A DNA stretch of 64,000 nucleotides, taken from positions 2,591 to 66,590 of the forward strand of contig CANSTR010000005.1 in assembly GCA_947649935.1 (NCBI GenBank). Direction: 5' to 3'. This document shows, piece after piece, positions 30,446 through 39,733 of this stretch. The DNA comes from an uncultured Clostridia bacterium. Lineage in GTDB: Bacteria; Bacillota; Clostridia; TANB77; CAG-508. A program made the position numbers and the translations under genes. The number at the start of each line of letters is the position of its first letter. The first letter of the stretch is position 1. The notes beneath the pieces are model-generated. The model made no database searches and had not been told where the DNA came from. It saw nothing but the letters and a program-made list of their open reading frames with translations.

Positions 30446-31131
30446 AAAATGCAGTCATTGTCATTGAAACAATTTGCATCATTGGATTATTGATTGTGTG
30501 CGTGAATTTTTATAATCGTTTGCCAGGTGAGGTGTATCCGAATGAAAGTTTTCAAACGATGAAAGAAGCGAAAACCGAGGATGCGCAAAATGCGTCAAAC
30601 AAGCAAATAATGTATGCTTTTGACGGCAATAAAATGAAAGTCAAAATAGATGACGCAATTTATGAAGATGTACGCTACGATTCCATCGAAGGAATTTCCA
30701 TTATTTTAGAGGAAGACGGAAAGGCAACTGTATCAGTCATGCCGGACAATGAAGTTTATAAAATATTGTATCCAGACACAGAAGTTGATATACAAAATGA
30801 AGAATTGACAGGCTTTGACGGAAAAATTGCAAGCGTCTATTTTGCCAATTTTGGAAATGAAATTGCACCATGCAAAATTTTATTTTTGATGGAAGATGGA
30901 ACTGTGGAATATATGGATTCTGAAAAAATGATAAAAGGGAAAGACCAGAAATATGTATCAGAAGGCAAAATAGGAGGTTTGGAAAATATTGTGCATTTTG
31001 AAAATGTAGCAGTAGCATTTGAGGATGAAAATGGCGAAAGAGAAGGCGGAACTTTAACCATTGTTGCTGTTGACCAAAATGGTGATAGTTATGATTTAGA
31101 TCAATTAATCAATAATAGAGAGGAAAAATAA
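30442..31131 (+). CDS. Hypothetical N-terminally anchored protein
   Basis: 229 aa. Single N-terminal TM, acidic extracytoplasmic part. ATGA overlap with the HD gene. Confidence 0.45.
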   Translation: MKNAVIVIETICIIGLLIVCVNFYNRLPGEVYPNESFQTMKEAKTEDAQNASNKQIMYAFDGNKMKVKIDDAIYEDVRYDSIEGISIILEEDGKATVSVMPDNEVYKILYPDTEVDIQNEELTGFDGKIASVYFANFGNEIAPCKILFLMEDGTVEYMDSEKMIKGKDQKYVSEGKIGGLENIVHFENVAVAFEDENGEREGGTLTIVAVDQNGDSYDLDQLINNREEK

Positions 31132-31144
31132 GGAGGAAATTTTT

Positions 31145-32116
31145 ATGAAAAATATTATGATAACAGGAGCTGCTGGCTTTATTGGAGCAAATTTTGCGGA
31201 ACTTATGGTAAAAAAGTATGAAGGAAAATACAACTTTGTTGTTTTTGACAAATTGACGTATGCTGGAAATATTGAAAATTTGAACAATATCAAAGACAAA
31301 ATTACGTTCGTGCAAGGTGATATTTGCGATTTTGATACTGTCATGGAAACGTACAAAAAATATGAGATTGACGCAGTGGTTCATTTTGCGGCTGAATCGC
31401 ATGTGGATAACAGCATCAAAAATCCATTTATTTTCACGCAGACGAATGTAATTGGAACCCATACTTTGTTGGAAGCTGCAAAGCAATTTTGGGGAGAGGG
31501 AAGCGAAAATCGTTTTGTGCATGTTTCAACAGATGAAGTTTATGGAACATTGGGCGAAGAAGGATTTTTCACAGAAACATCGCCAATTCAGCCAAACAGC
31601 CCATACTCTGCTTCGAAAGCATCGTCTGATTTGATTGCTTTGGCATATGCGGAAACGTTTAAAATGAATGTTTGTGTGACAAATTGTTCCAATAATTATG
31701 GACCATATCAACATCATGAAAAATTGATTCCTCACATGATTAGCTTGGCTTTGAAGGACGAAAAATTGCCAGTTTATGGAGAAGGTTTGAACATTCGTGA
31801 TTGGCTTTTTGTGGAGGACCACTGCGAGGCAATTGATTTGGTGTTGCATGAAGGCGTAAAAGGCGAGAGATACAATATTGGTGGGCATAATGAAAAACGC
31901 AATATTGAAATTGTCAAATTGATTTTAAAGAGATTGGACAAGCCAGAAAGCTTGATTTCTTTTGTGGAAGATAGAAAAGGGCATGATTATCGTTATGCCA
32001 TTGACCCAACCAAAATTCATAACAAATTGGGCTGGCTTCCAAAAACAAAATTCGAAGATGGCATTGTGAAGACGATTGATTGGTATTTGGCGCATCCGGA
32101 ATATTTGATGAAATAA
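31145..32116 (+). CDS. rfbB: dTDP-glucose 4,6-dehydratase
   Basis: 323 aa. GAAGFIGANF, STDEVYG, YSASKASSD (YxxxK). Confidence 0.95.
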   Translation: MKNIMITGAAGFIGANFAELMVKKYEGKYNFVVFDKLTYAGNIENLNNIKDKITFVQGDICDFDTVMETYKKYEIDAVVHFAAESHVDNSIKNPFIFTQTNVIGTHTLLEAAKQFWGEGSENRFVHVSTDEVYGTLGEEGFFTETSPIQPNSPYSASKASSDLIALAYAETFKMNVCVTNCSNNYGPYQHHEKLIPHMISLALKDEKLPVYGEGLNIRDWLFVEDHCEAIDLVLHEGVKGERYNIGGHNEKRNIEIVKLILKRLDKPESLISFVEDRKGHDYRYAIDPTKIHNKLGWLPKTKFEDGIVKTIDWYLAHPEYLMK

Positions 32117-32128
32117 TTTGAGAGAGGA

Positions 32129-32542
32129 ATGATACATTTGGAGCCGATAAATTTAGTGGAATATTGGATAAATAGTAGCGAAGAAGATTATAATGTAATG
32201 AAATATTTATATAAAGGAAAGAAAAATAGCTATTGTTTATTCTTTGGACATTTGGTGATAGAAAAATTATTAAAGGGGTTGTATGTTAAAAATAATCAAG
32301 AGAATCCGTATCCTATAAAATCTCACAATTTATTGCTATTAGCGGAAAAATGCAAATTGGACTTAACGGATGAGCAAATTGAAAAATTGCAAATGATTAC
32401 GCAATTTAATATAAGTGCCAGATATGATGATTATAAGAAAAGTTTTAATCAAAAATGTACAGATGAGTATACTTCAGAACAAGTAAACAACATTGAGGAG
32501 GTACGAAAATGGTTGAAAAAGCTATTAATGGTGGAATCATGA
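32129..32542 (+). CDS. HEPN domain protein
   Basis: 137 aa. HEPN-type helices (HLVIEKLLKG, KSHNLLLLAEK, ISARYDDY). Paired with the downstream nucleotidyltransferase. Confidence 0.7.
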   Translation: MIHLEPINLVEYWINSSEEDYNVMKYLYKGKKNSYCLFFGHLVIEKLLKGLYVKNNQENPYPIKSHNLLLLAEKCKLDLTDEQIEKLQMITQFNISARYDDYKKSFNQKCTDEYTSEQVNNIEEVRKWLKKLLMVES

Positions 32543-32829
32543 AATCAATACAAAAATATGTCAAAAAAATAAGTGAGTTTTATAAAATAGAAGCAATTAT
32601 TTTATTTGGGTCGTATGCAAAAGGGACGCAAAACGAAGATAGCGATATTGATATTGCAGTTATTTCAAATGATTTTAAAGATGTTATTGAAGATGGTGCC
32701 AAATTAATTGGATTAACTTGGAAAATTGATACGAGAATCGAACCACATCCCATTACAAAAGAGGATTATGAAAAAGTTTCCAATCCTTTTATAAAAGAAG
32801 TGGTGGATACGGGAATAAAAGTGGCATAA
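32539..32829 (+). CDS. Minimal nucleotidyltransferase (MNT) domain protein
   Basis: ILFGSYAKGTQNEDSDIDIAV (GS...DxD). ATG 32539 overlaps the HEPN stop (ATGA). Confidence 0.8.
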   Translation: MKSIQKYVKKISEFYKIEAIILFGSYAKGTQNEDSDIDIAVISNDFKDVIEDGAKLIGLTWKIDTRIEPHPITKEDYEKVSNPFIKEVVDTGIKVA

Positions 32830-32859
32830 AAGTTTTATTTGAGAAGAAAGGATAAAAAT

Positions 32860-35214
32860 ATGAATGAACAAGAAGTAAAAGTAGACGTCATTATTCCTGT
32901 CTACAATGCTTTTGAGTATACGAAAAAGTGCATTGAAACAGTCATTAGGAATACGGATTTGAGAAAACATACATTAGTTTTGGTAAATGATAAAAGTCCA
33001 GATACGAAAATTTTGCCGATGTTAAAAAAGTTTGTGGCAGAAAATCCAGACTTAAAAATTTGTCTAATTGACAATGAAACAAATTGTGGATTTGTAAAAA
33101 GCGTCAATATCGGGATGAGCCATTCGGACAATGATGTTGTATTGCTAAATAGTGACACAGAAGTGTCGAAAAATTGGCTAGAAAAAATGATAAAAACAGC
33201 GTATTTAAGAGCCAACATTGCAACTGTTACGCCACTTTCGAACAATGCAACTTTGGCATCTGTTCCCAATTTTTTGGCAGAAAACGAGATTCCAAGTTAC
33301 GTAGATTTTGAGCAATATGCGCAAGATATCGAGTCTTGCAGTTTGGAACTTTTTCCGGAAATTCCGACAGCGCATGGATTTTGTATGTACATCAAAAGAG
33401 AGGCGCTTGCGCGCGTTGGCTTGTTTGACGATGTGACATTTGGTAAGGGATATGGTGAAGAAAATGATTTTTCGTATCGTGCGATGCAAAATGGCTATAC
33501 GCATGTTTTGTGCGACAACACGCTCATTCGCCACAAAGGAACGCAGTCTTTCACGGCTGCAAAGCAAGAATTAAGCAACAAAAATTTGCAAATTATTAGG
33601 GACAAATATCCGCAAAATTTTGAACTGACGAATAATTTTTGCTTGCAAAATCCGATTGAAGTGATTCAAAATAATGTGAAATATTATATCAATAATAAAT
33701 ATCGAAAAAATATTTTATTTGTGGTTCACGAATTCAGGAGCCGAGACAGCAAATTGCTTGGCGGAACGGTTTTGCACATTTATGATTTGATTGACAATTT
33801 GCGCAAAAAAATGAACATTCATGTGTTATATCCAGAAAATGGAACGTATAAAATTTCGTCATTTTTCGAGGATTCAACGGTAGAAACTGTTTTTGGCAAA
33901 ATCAATTCTTACGAAAATATACAAATGTACAATTGCGAGTACAAAAAAATGTTGGAGCAAATTTTTGATTTCATCAACATTGATTTTGTGCATGTTCATC
34001 ATTTGATGCATCATTATTTTGATTTGTTTGATGTAGCAAACACCAGAAATATTCCATACATGCTAAGTTTGCATGATTTGTATATGATATGTCCATTGCT
34101 AACGTATGCCGAGAATGTAGAAAATTTCAATAATTTGGAAGAATTCAATTTTGAAGGTTGCTTGAAAGAGTTGAAAGAAGCCAAAGGAAATTTCGTGGAA
34201 GATTGGAAAAATAAGGCTGACCCAATTTTAAAAAACGCCAAAAAAATCATTGCGCCATCCAATTCGCCAAAAGAAATTTTTGAAGAATATTATGGCGATT
34301 TGAAAATTGATGTCATCGAGCATGGCGTCGAAAAAACAGAGGAAAATTATGAAGCAAAAGACTTCAAAAAGAGAAAAAATATCGCGTTTATTGGTGGCAT
34401 CAACAAAACAAAAGGTTTGGATTTTTTCAAGGAATTAGTCAAAGAAGTGAACAAAAAAGAAAGCAATTACACACTTCATTTGTTTGGCACAACTTCAGAA
34501 GACGCCTATAATCAGTCAGACGGAAATTATGTTTTTCATGGCAAATACAATCGCGAAGATATCATTCGATTATTGAAGGAAAATAATATTCATCTTGTGT
34601 GCTTATTTTCGATTTGGCCAGAAACATATTCGTACACATTAACGGAAAGTTTGATGGCGGAAATTCCTGTATTGGTGCTAGATTACGGAGCTTTATCAGA
34701 AAGAACCAAAAAAGATAATTTAGGTTGGGTGCTGGATAAAAAAGTAAAAGTAAAGGAAATTATCGAAAAAATTCATCAAATTTTTGAAGACGAAAAAGAG
34801 TATGAAAACGTGAAAAATCATGTCAAAAATTATTTGAAAAAATTAAAAACAGTTGACAAAATGGCAAAACAATATGAAAAAATTTACGATGAATTCATTC
34901 AGAAAAAAGTGGCAAATGATCAAAAATTAAGCAAGCCAATAATTCAAAATATTTTGGATTACAGCAAACAAATTGGTGATATGACGAAAAAAATAAAGGA
35001 TTGCAATTTTATTTTGCAAAATGAAGCCATCAAAGAAGTACAGCATAATGAGCGAATTGCGGCTTACCACCACACTGTCACAGAATACAAAAAGGAAATT
35101 GACCGTTTAAATGAAGAAATTGGGAAATACCATGCCAAAGAAGAAACGTACAACCAATTATTATCTTCCAAAAGATTAAAAATGTTAAAGAAAATAAAAT
35201 TCATTAAATTTTAA
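32860..35214 (+). CDS. Multidomain glycosyltransferase: GT2 + GT4(GT-B) + C-terminal coiled coil
   Basis: VDVIIPVYNAFEYT...NDKSPD, LNSDTEV and GEENDF (GT2). A central/C-terminal group-1 GT region (LFSIWPETYSYTLTESL). The last ~110 aa are heptad-like and charged. Paralog of 44140. Confidence 0.8.
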   Translation: MNEQEVKVDVIIPVYNAFEYTKKCIETVIRNTDLRKHTLVLVNDKSPDTKILPMLKKFVAENPDLKICLIDNETNCGFVKSVNIGMSHSDNDVVLLNSDTEVSKNWLEKMIKTAYLRANIATVTPLSNNATLASVPNFLAENEIPSYVDFEQYAQDIESCSLELFPEIPTAHGFCMYIKREALARVGLFDDVTFGKGYGEENDFSYRAMQNGYTHVLCDNTLIRHKGTQSFTAAKQELSNKNLQIIRDKYPQNFELTNNFCLQNPIEVIQNNVKYYINNKYRKNILFVVHEFRSRDSKLLGGTVLHIYDLIDNLRKKMNIHVLYPENGTYKISSFFEDSTVETVFGKINSYENIQMYNCEYKKMLEQIFDFINIDFVHVHHLMHHYFDLFDVANTRNIPYMLSLHDLYMICPLLTYAENVENFNNLEEFNFEGCLKELKEAKGNFVEDWKNKADPILKNAKKIIAPSNSPKEIFEEYYGDLKIDVIEHGVEKTEENYEAKDFKKRKNIAFIGGINKTKGLDFFKELVKEVNKKESNYTLHLFGTTSEDAYNQSDGNYVFHGKYNREDIIRLLKENNIHLVCLFSIWPETYSYTLTESLMAEIPVLVLDYGALSERTKKDNLGWVLDKKVKVKEIIEKIHQIFEDEKEYENVKNHVKNYLKKLKTVDKMAKQYEKIYDEFIQKKVANDQKLSKPIIQNILDYSKQIGDMTKKIKDCNFILQNEAIKEVQHNERIAAYHHTVTEYKKEIDRLNEEIGKYHAKEETYNQLLSSKRLKMLKKIKFIKF

Positions 35215-35222
35215 AAATTACG

Positions 35223-35357
35223 GTAGAGGTCGACGCCCACGTCGACCCAAAAATAAAACGATGACAAAAAATTGCACAAATGCCGTAGGGGCACGGGGCT
35301 ACCTAAGCCCAATGTGAAATCTTGTCAATAAAAGGACACAGTGCCCTGTGTCCCTAT
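35223..35357. repeat. Cluster of three GC-rich hairpin repeat copies
   Basis: 35223-35248 GTAGAGGTCGACG-CCCA-CGTCGACCC. 35285-35310 GTAGGGGCACGGGGCTACCTAAGCCC. 35334-35357 GGACACAG-TGCC-CTGTGTCC-CTAT (reverse orientation). Confidence 0.7.
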
Positions 35358-35380
35358 GTTTCAAAAATAAATGAAAGGAA

Positions 35381-36175
35381 ATGTATATGGAATTTTTAAA
35401 AGAACTATACCAAAATCGAAAATTAGCGATGCAACTCGCCAAAAACGATTTTAAAAATCGTTTTGCGAATACAAGTTTAGGCGCCGTTTGGGGATTTGCC
35501 CAGCCATTTGTATTTATGCTAACGTATGTCATCGTATTTCAATATATCCTAAAAACGGGAAGTTCTGGCGATTATCCCTATTTTGTGTGGTTTTTGCCAG
35601 GAATGGGCATGTGGATGTTTTGCAGCGAAGCGATTTTAAGTGGAAGCAATTCGATTCGAAATTATAGCTATTTAGTCAAAAAAGTCGTTTTTCCAGTTGA
35701 CATCATTCCTGTGATATCTGTGATGTCAGCAAGTTTTATTGGAACTTTCTTGATTTACATTGCCACTATGGCGGCTGTGGCGTTTGGCTATTTTCCAAAC
35801 TTGCTCAACATCTTGTACATTGTGATTTGCGCCTTTTGCTTTATCACCGCATTCACGCGTTTTACGTCTTCGATTGCGGCAGTTGTGCCAGATTTTTCGC
35901 AATTGCTCAACATTATTGTGCAATTATGCATGTGGTTTACGCCGATTGTGTGGAATTTAGACATGCTATCAGGCGTGATTTGTGTGTTGTTTAAAGCATT
36001 TCCGTTTACGTATTTGGTCGAAGGCTTACGCCAAGCATTTATCGGCAGTTCGACCATTATTACAGAACACAATGGAATGTATACGATTATTTTTTGGATT
36101 GTGACATTTTTATTATTTCGATGGGGCAACAAAATCTTTAAGAAAAACAAAAAAGATTTCGCAGATGTGCTGTAA
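35381..36175 (+). CDS. ABC-2 type polysaccharide export permease (Wzm/TagG-like)
   Basis: 264 aa, 6 TM. N-terminal LAKNDFKNRFANTSLGAVW signature of the ABC-2 family. Confidence 0.85.
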   Translation: MYMEFLKELYQNRKLAMQLAKNDFKNRFANTSLGAVWGFAQPFVFMLTYVIVFQYILKTGSSGDYPYFVWFLPGMGMWMFCSEAILSGSNSIRNYSYLVKKVVFPVDIIPVISVMSASFIGTFLIYIATMAAVAFGYFPNLLNILYIVICAFCFITAFTRFTSSIAAVVPDFSQLLNIIVQLCMWFTPIVWNLDMLSGVICVLFKAFPFTYLVEGLRQAFIGSSTIITEHNGMYTIIFWIVTFLLFRWGNKIFKKNKKDFADVL

Positions 36176-36335
36176 CGTTGCCACTGGGGCTTTAAGGACG
36201 CTGTCCTTAAAAATCCTGCAAAAGGGCGCTGCCCTTTTGAATCCCGCGCTTCGGTCAGCGGGACAAGGTTTGCCCAATTGGTTGCTATGCATCTAATTGG
36301 TACCCGTGCGTTAATCGCGCGATAGGGGTGGAGGA
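36176..36335 (+). repeat. GC-rich multi-hairpin intergenic block
   Basis: Hairpins at 36192-36210 (ttaaggac-GCT-gtccttaa), 36219-36239 (caaaagggc-GCT-gcccttttg) and 36242-36263 (tcccgc-GCTtcggtca-gcggga), then ccaattgg...aattgg. Ends ...GATAGGGGTGGAGG at the RBS. Confidence 0.7.
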
Positions 36336-36341
36336 ACAAAG

Positions 36342-37314
36342 ATGAAAATTGATATTTTAATGGCGACCTACAATGGAGAAAGATTTTTGAGAGAGCAAAT
36401 TGACAGCATTTTGGAACAATCATTTAGCGATTTTCGATTGCTGATTTCGGATGATTTATCGAAAGATAATACCCGTGAGATTTTGAACGAATACGTCAAA
36501 AAAGATAGACGAGTAATTGTTTTTTTGCAAAATAAGAATTTGGGAACTGTGCAAAATTTTGAATTTTTAATGCAAAAAGTAGAAAGCAAATATTTTATGT
36601 TTTCTGACCAAGACGACATTTGGCAAAAAGACAAAATCGAAAAGTCGTTAGAAAAAATCGAAGAAACGAAAAGCGATTTAGTTTACACCAATTTGCAAGT
36701 GGTTGACCAAAACTTGAATGTTGTCAATCCATCGTATTGGAAATTGAAAGGTTTTGAAAAGAAAATAAAAAAGTATAATAATTTTGCAAGTTTGTACTTA
36801 AACAACTACATCACGCGGAAGCACGATGCTTGTGAAATCAAAATGGCTGGAAAAAATATTGCCATTGCCCAAAAAATCAAATTATATTTTGCATGATTAT
36901 TGGACCGCTTTGGTGGTAAGTAAATTCGGAAAAATGGCATATTTGGAGGAACCACAAGTCAAGTATCGTCAGCATTTTGATAATTGCATTGGTTCGAAAA
37001 GAAGGTCGGATGAAATCCAAAACTTTGATGAAATGCGAGAATTATTCATTGAGGTAAAAAGGGACCATTTCAAAACGTTTATGCAAAATGCAGATTGTTT
37101 TGAAGATGACGAAATGCAAAATTTGAATAAAATTTCGTATCAATATTTTCAAGATTTGAAAAAAGTCAAAAAATGGAGTTTCAAAAATAGCAAATTATTT
37201 TGGAGATTATACCAATATGAAAATTTCAAGTATGGTTTGCAAAATTTTTTGATATTGCATATGCCGAGATTGGCAAAACCATTATTTAATTTGGTAAGAG
37301 GAGTGAAACATTAG
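36342..37314 (+). CDS. GT2 glycosyltransferase (rhamnosyltransferase-like), interrupted at an in-frame CGG
   Basis: Track ORFs 36342-36896 and 36826-37314. N-part DILMATYNGERFL...SDDLSKDNT...SDQDD. Skipping C 36816 gives NNYIT-GSTMLVKSKWLEKILPLP...HDYW, the usual continuation of this GT2 subfamily. Confidence 0.8.
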
Positions 37315-38614
37315 ATGAACGAAAATGAAACCATGATAAAAATAACCGATTTGGTCAAAGAATACAAAATGTATGCCAGGAAAAAAGACCGCATTATGGA
37401 AGCCGTTTTTCCAAAAGTGAACAATCGACATGGCGTTTTCAAGGCGATGGACCATGTGGATTTGGAACTTAAGAAAGGCGAAATTTTGGGAATTCTCGGT
37501 AAAAACGGTGCGGGAAAATCCACGCTTTTGAAAATGATTACAGGCGTTGTGATTCCGACTTCTGGAACGATTGAAATTAAAGGAAAAGTCAGTTCTCTTT
37601 TGGAACTGGGAATTGGGTTTAATCCAGATTTGACGGGCGTCGAAAATATTTATCAACACGGACAAGTTATGCGGAATGACCAATGAGCAAATTGAAGCCA
37701 AAAAGCAGGAAATCATTGATTTTGCGGACATTGGTGACCATTTGTATCAGCCAGTCAAAACGTATTCATCTGGTATGTTTGCCAGGCTTGCGTTTGCCTG
37801 CGCGATTAATGTTGACCCGGAAATTTTGATTGTCGATGAGGCACTTTCGGTTGGCGACATGTCGTTCCAACTAAAATGTTTCAAAAAATTTGAAGAATTT
37901 AAAAAGCAAGGAAAAACGATTTTATTTGTCACGCACAGTGTTGGCGAAGTTTTGCGAAATTGCACAAGAGCGATTATTTTGGAAAATGGCAGAAAAATTT
38001 TTGATGGAGATGTCAAAACGGGTGTTGATAAATATAAAAAATTGATGGTTGGTATCGACATTGACCAAGAAAATGAAACTGAAAAGAAGGAAAATGAACT
38101 TGTGCAAAATTTGCACAAGTTGGATGTGGAAAATGTTTGGAAAAATCATTTTGAATACAATGAAAAACATTTGAGTTATGGGCAAAACAAAGTGGATATT
38201 TACGACTACGGAATTTTTGATACGGAAGGAAATCCAGTCATCACGATTAATAATGAAAAAGAAGTGTCAGTCAAAATGAAAATAGAGGTGCAAGAGCCAA
38301 TTGAAGACCCCATTTTTGCCTTGACTTTTAAAGACATCAAAGGCACAGAATTGTGCGGAACCAACACGATGTTGTTTCGCATGGCAACTGGAAAATACCA
38401 AAAAGGTGACAAAATATTGGTGGAATTCACGCAACAAGTTCCGCTTGCACCAGGAAGATACACGATTTCCTTTGGTTGCACAAAATACAATATGAATGGC
38501 GAATTAGAAGTGTATCAAAGAAGGTATGATGCGTTATTTGTGGAAGTTGTGTCAAATCGAGAGGCAGTTGCGTTGTTTGATTTAGACAGTAAAATTAAGT
38601 ATCAAAAAATTTAG
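37315..38614 (+). CDS. Polysaccharide ABC exporter ATPase (Wzt/TagH-like) with C-terminal beta-rich extension, interrupted at an in-frame CGG
   Basis: Track ORFs 37315-37686 (Walker A GKNGAGKST) and 37676-38614 (signature YSSGM, Walker B ILIVDEALSVGD, ~150 aa extension). Skipping C 37672 gives ENIYQHGQVM-GMTNEQIEAKK. Confidence 0.85.
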
Positions 38615-38622
38615 GAGAAGCG

Positions 38623-39600
38623 ATGAAATTTAATTTAGATTATTATCAAGGTTCGGATGTATATTCGGACGGAGGAATTGAAGACGAAATTTTGGCGTAC
38701 ACGCAAAAATTTTCTGAGGAAGAAGTTGCGCAAATATTTGAAACCGATCTTCGTTGGCCAGTTTTTTATTATTTAACAGGGCTTCGCAGAAATATTATTA
38801 ATTGGTATCCGATGAAAAAAGGAGCAAGCGTTTTGGAAATTGGTGCAGGCATGGGGTCAATTACAAGTGAATTGTGCAAAAAAGCTGATAAAGTGGTGGC
38901 AGTGGAACTTTCCAAAAGACGCGCAACAGCGATTGCCAATCGCAATCAAAATCAGGAAAATTTGGAAATCATGGTTGGCAATTTGAATGACATGAAGTTC
39001 CAAAAAAAGTTTGATTATATTACGCTTATTGGCGTTTTGGAATATGCGCCATTGTACACAAATACGCAAAATCCATTTGTGGATTTTTTGGCACATATCA
39101 AACAATTTTTGAAACCAGATGGAAAATTGTTAATTGCGATTGAAAATAAATTGGGGATGAAATATTTTGCAGGTGCGCCAGAAGACCACCATAATATGCG
39201 CTATTATGGAATTGAAGGATACGAAAATAAGCAAAGTGCGCAGACATTTGGCAAAAAAGAATTGCAAGAATTATTGGCAAAAATCGGTTTAAAACAGACG
39301 AAATTTTATTATCCTTTGCCAGATTATAAATTGCCAAACGTTATTTTTTCGGACGAATATTTGCCAAATGAAAATTCGATTCAAAATTATCATGTTTATT
39401 ATTACGAAGGAAGTAAAATTGAATTTGACGAAAAAAAGGCCTATGCAGAAACTATCAAAAATGGCGTTTTTGATATTTTTGCAAATTCCTTTTTTGTCGA
39501 GGCATCCGCCAAAAAAATAAAAACAAAAATCGATTTAAAAAATACAAAATTCCAACCAATCGAAAAAACAGCAGAACGTTTTTACGAAAATGAATCATAA
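38623..39600 (+). CDS. Class I SAM-dependent methyltransferase
   Basis: 325 aa. Motif I VLEIGAGMGSIT, LKPDGKLLIAIEN. Confidence 0.8.
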   Translation: MKFNLDYYQGSDVYSDGGIEDEILAYTQKFSEEEVAQIFETDLRWPVFYYLTGLRRNIINWYPMKKGASVLEIGAGMGSITSELCKKADKVVAVELSKRRATAIANRNQNQENLEIMVGNLNDMKFQKKFDYITLIGVLEYAPLYTNTQNPFVDFLAHIKQFLKPDGKLLIAIENKLGMKYFAGAPEDHHNMRYYGIEGYENKQSAQTFGKKELQELLAKIGLKQTKFYYPLPDYKLPNVIFSDEYLPNENSIQNYHVYYYEGSKIEFDEKKAYAETIKNGVFDIFANSFFVEASAKKIKTKIDLKNTKFQPIEKTAERFYENES

Positions 39601-39601
39601 T

Positions 39602-39719
39602 GTAGGGGTAGGGTTCCACCCCTGCCCAACATGAAAATAATCAAAAAAACGCGTAGGGGCAACTAGCAGTTGCCCGCTGTGCAAAAAATGATCTGCGGGC
39701 GATTAATAATCGCCCCTAC
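39602..39719. repeat. GC-rich hairpin repeat copies (one simple, one composite)
   Basis: 39602-39627 GTAGGGGTAGGGTTCCACCCCTGCCC. 39653-39719 GTAGGGGCAACT-AGC-AGTTGCCC...GCGGGCGATT-AAT-AATCGCCCCTAC, bounded by inverted GTAGGGG/CCCCTAC. Confidence 0.75.
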
Positions 39720-39733
39720 AAAAGGAGGCAAAC

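Noticed and set aside
36826-37314. Downstream halves of split genes as independent genes. Examples: 36826-37314, 37676-38614, 46134-46403, 60011-60625, 62300-62521, 9610-10374.
   Set aside because: They lack RBS sequences and begin mid-domain. Their frames stay open upstream to the CGG site, and they complete the domain begun by the upstream half.
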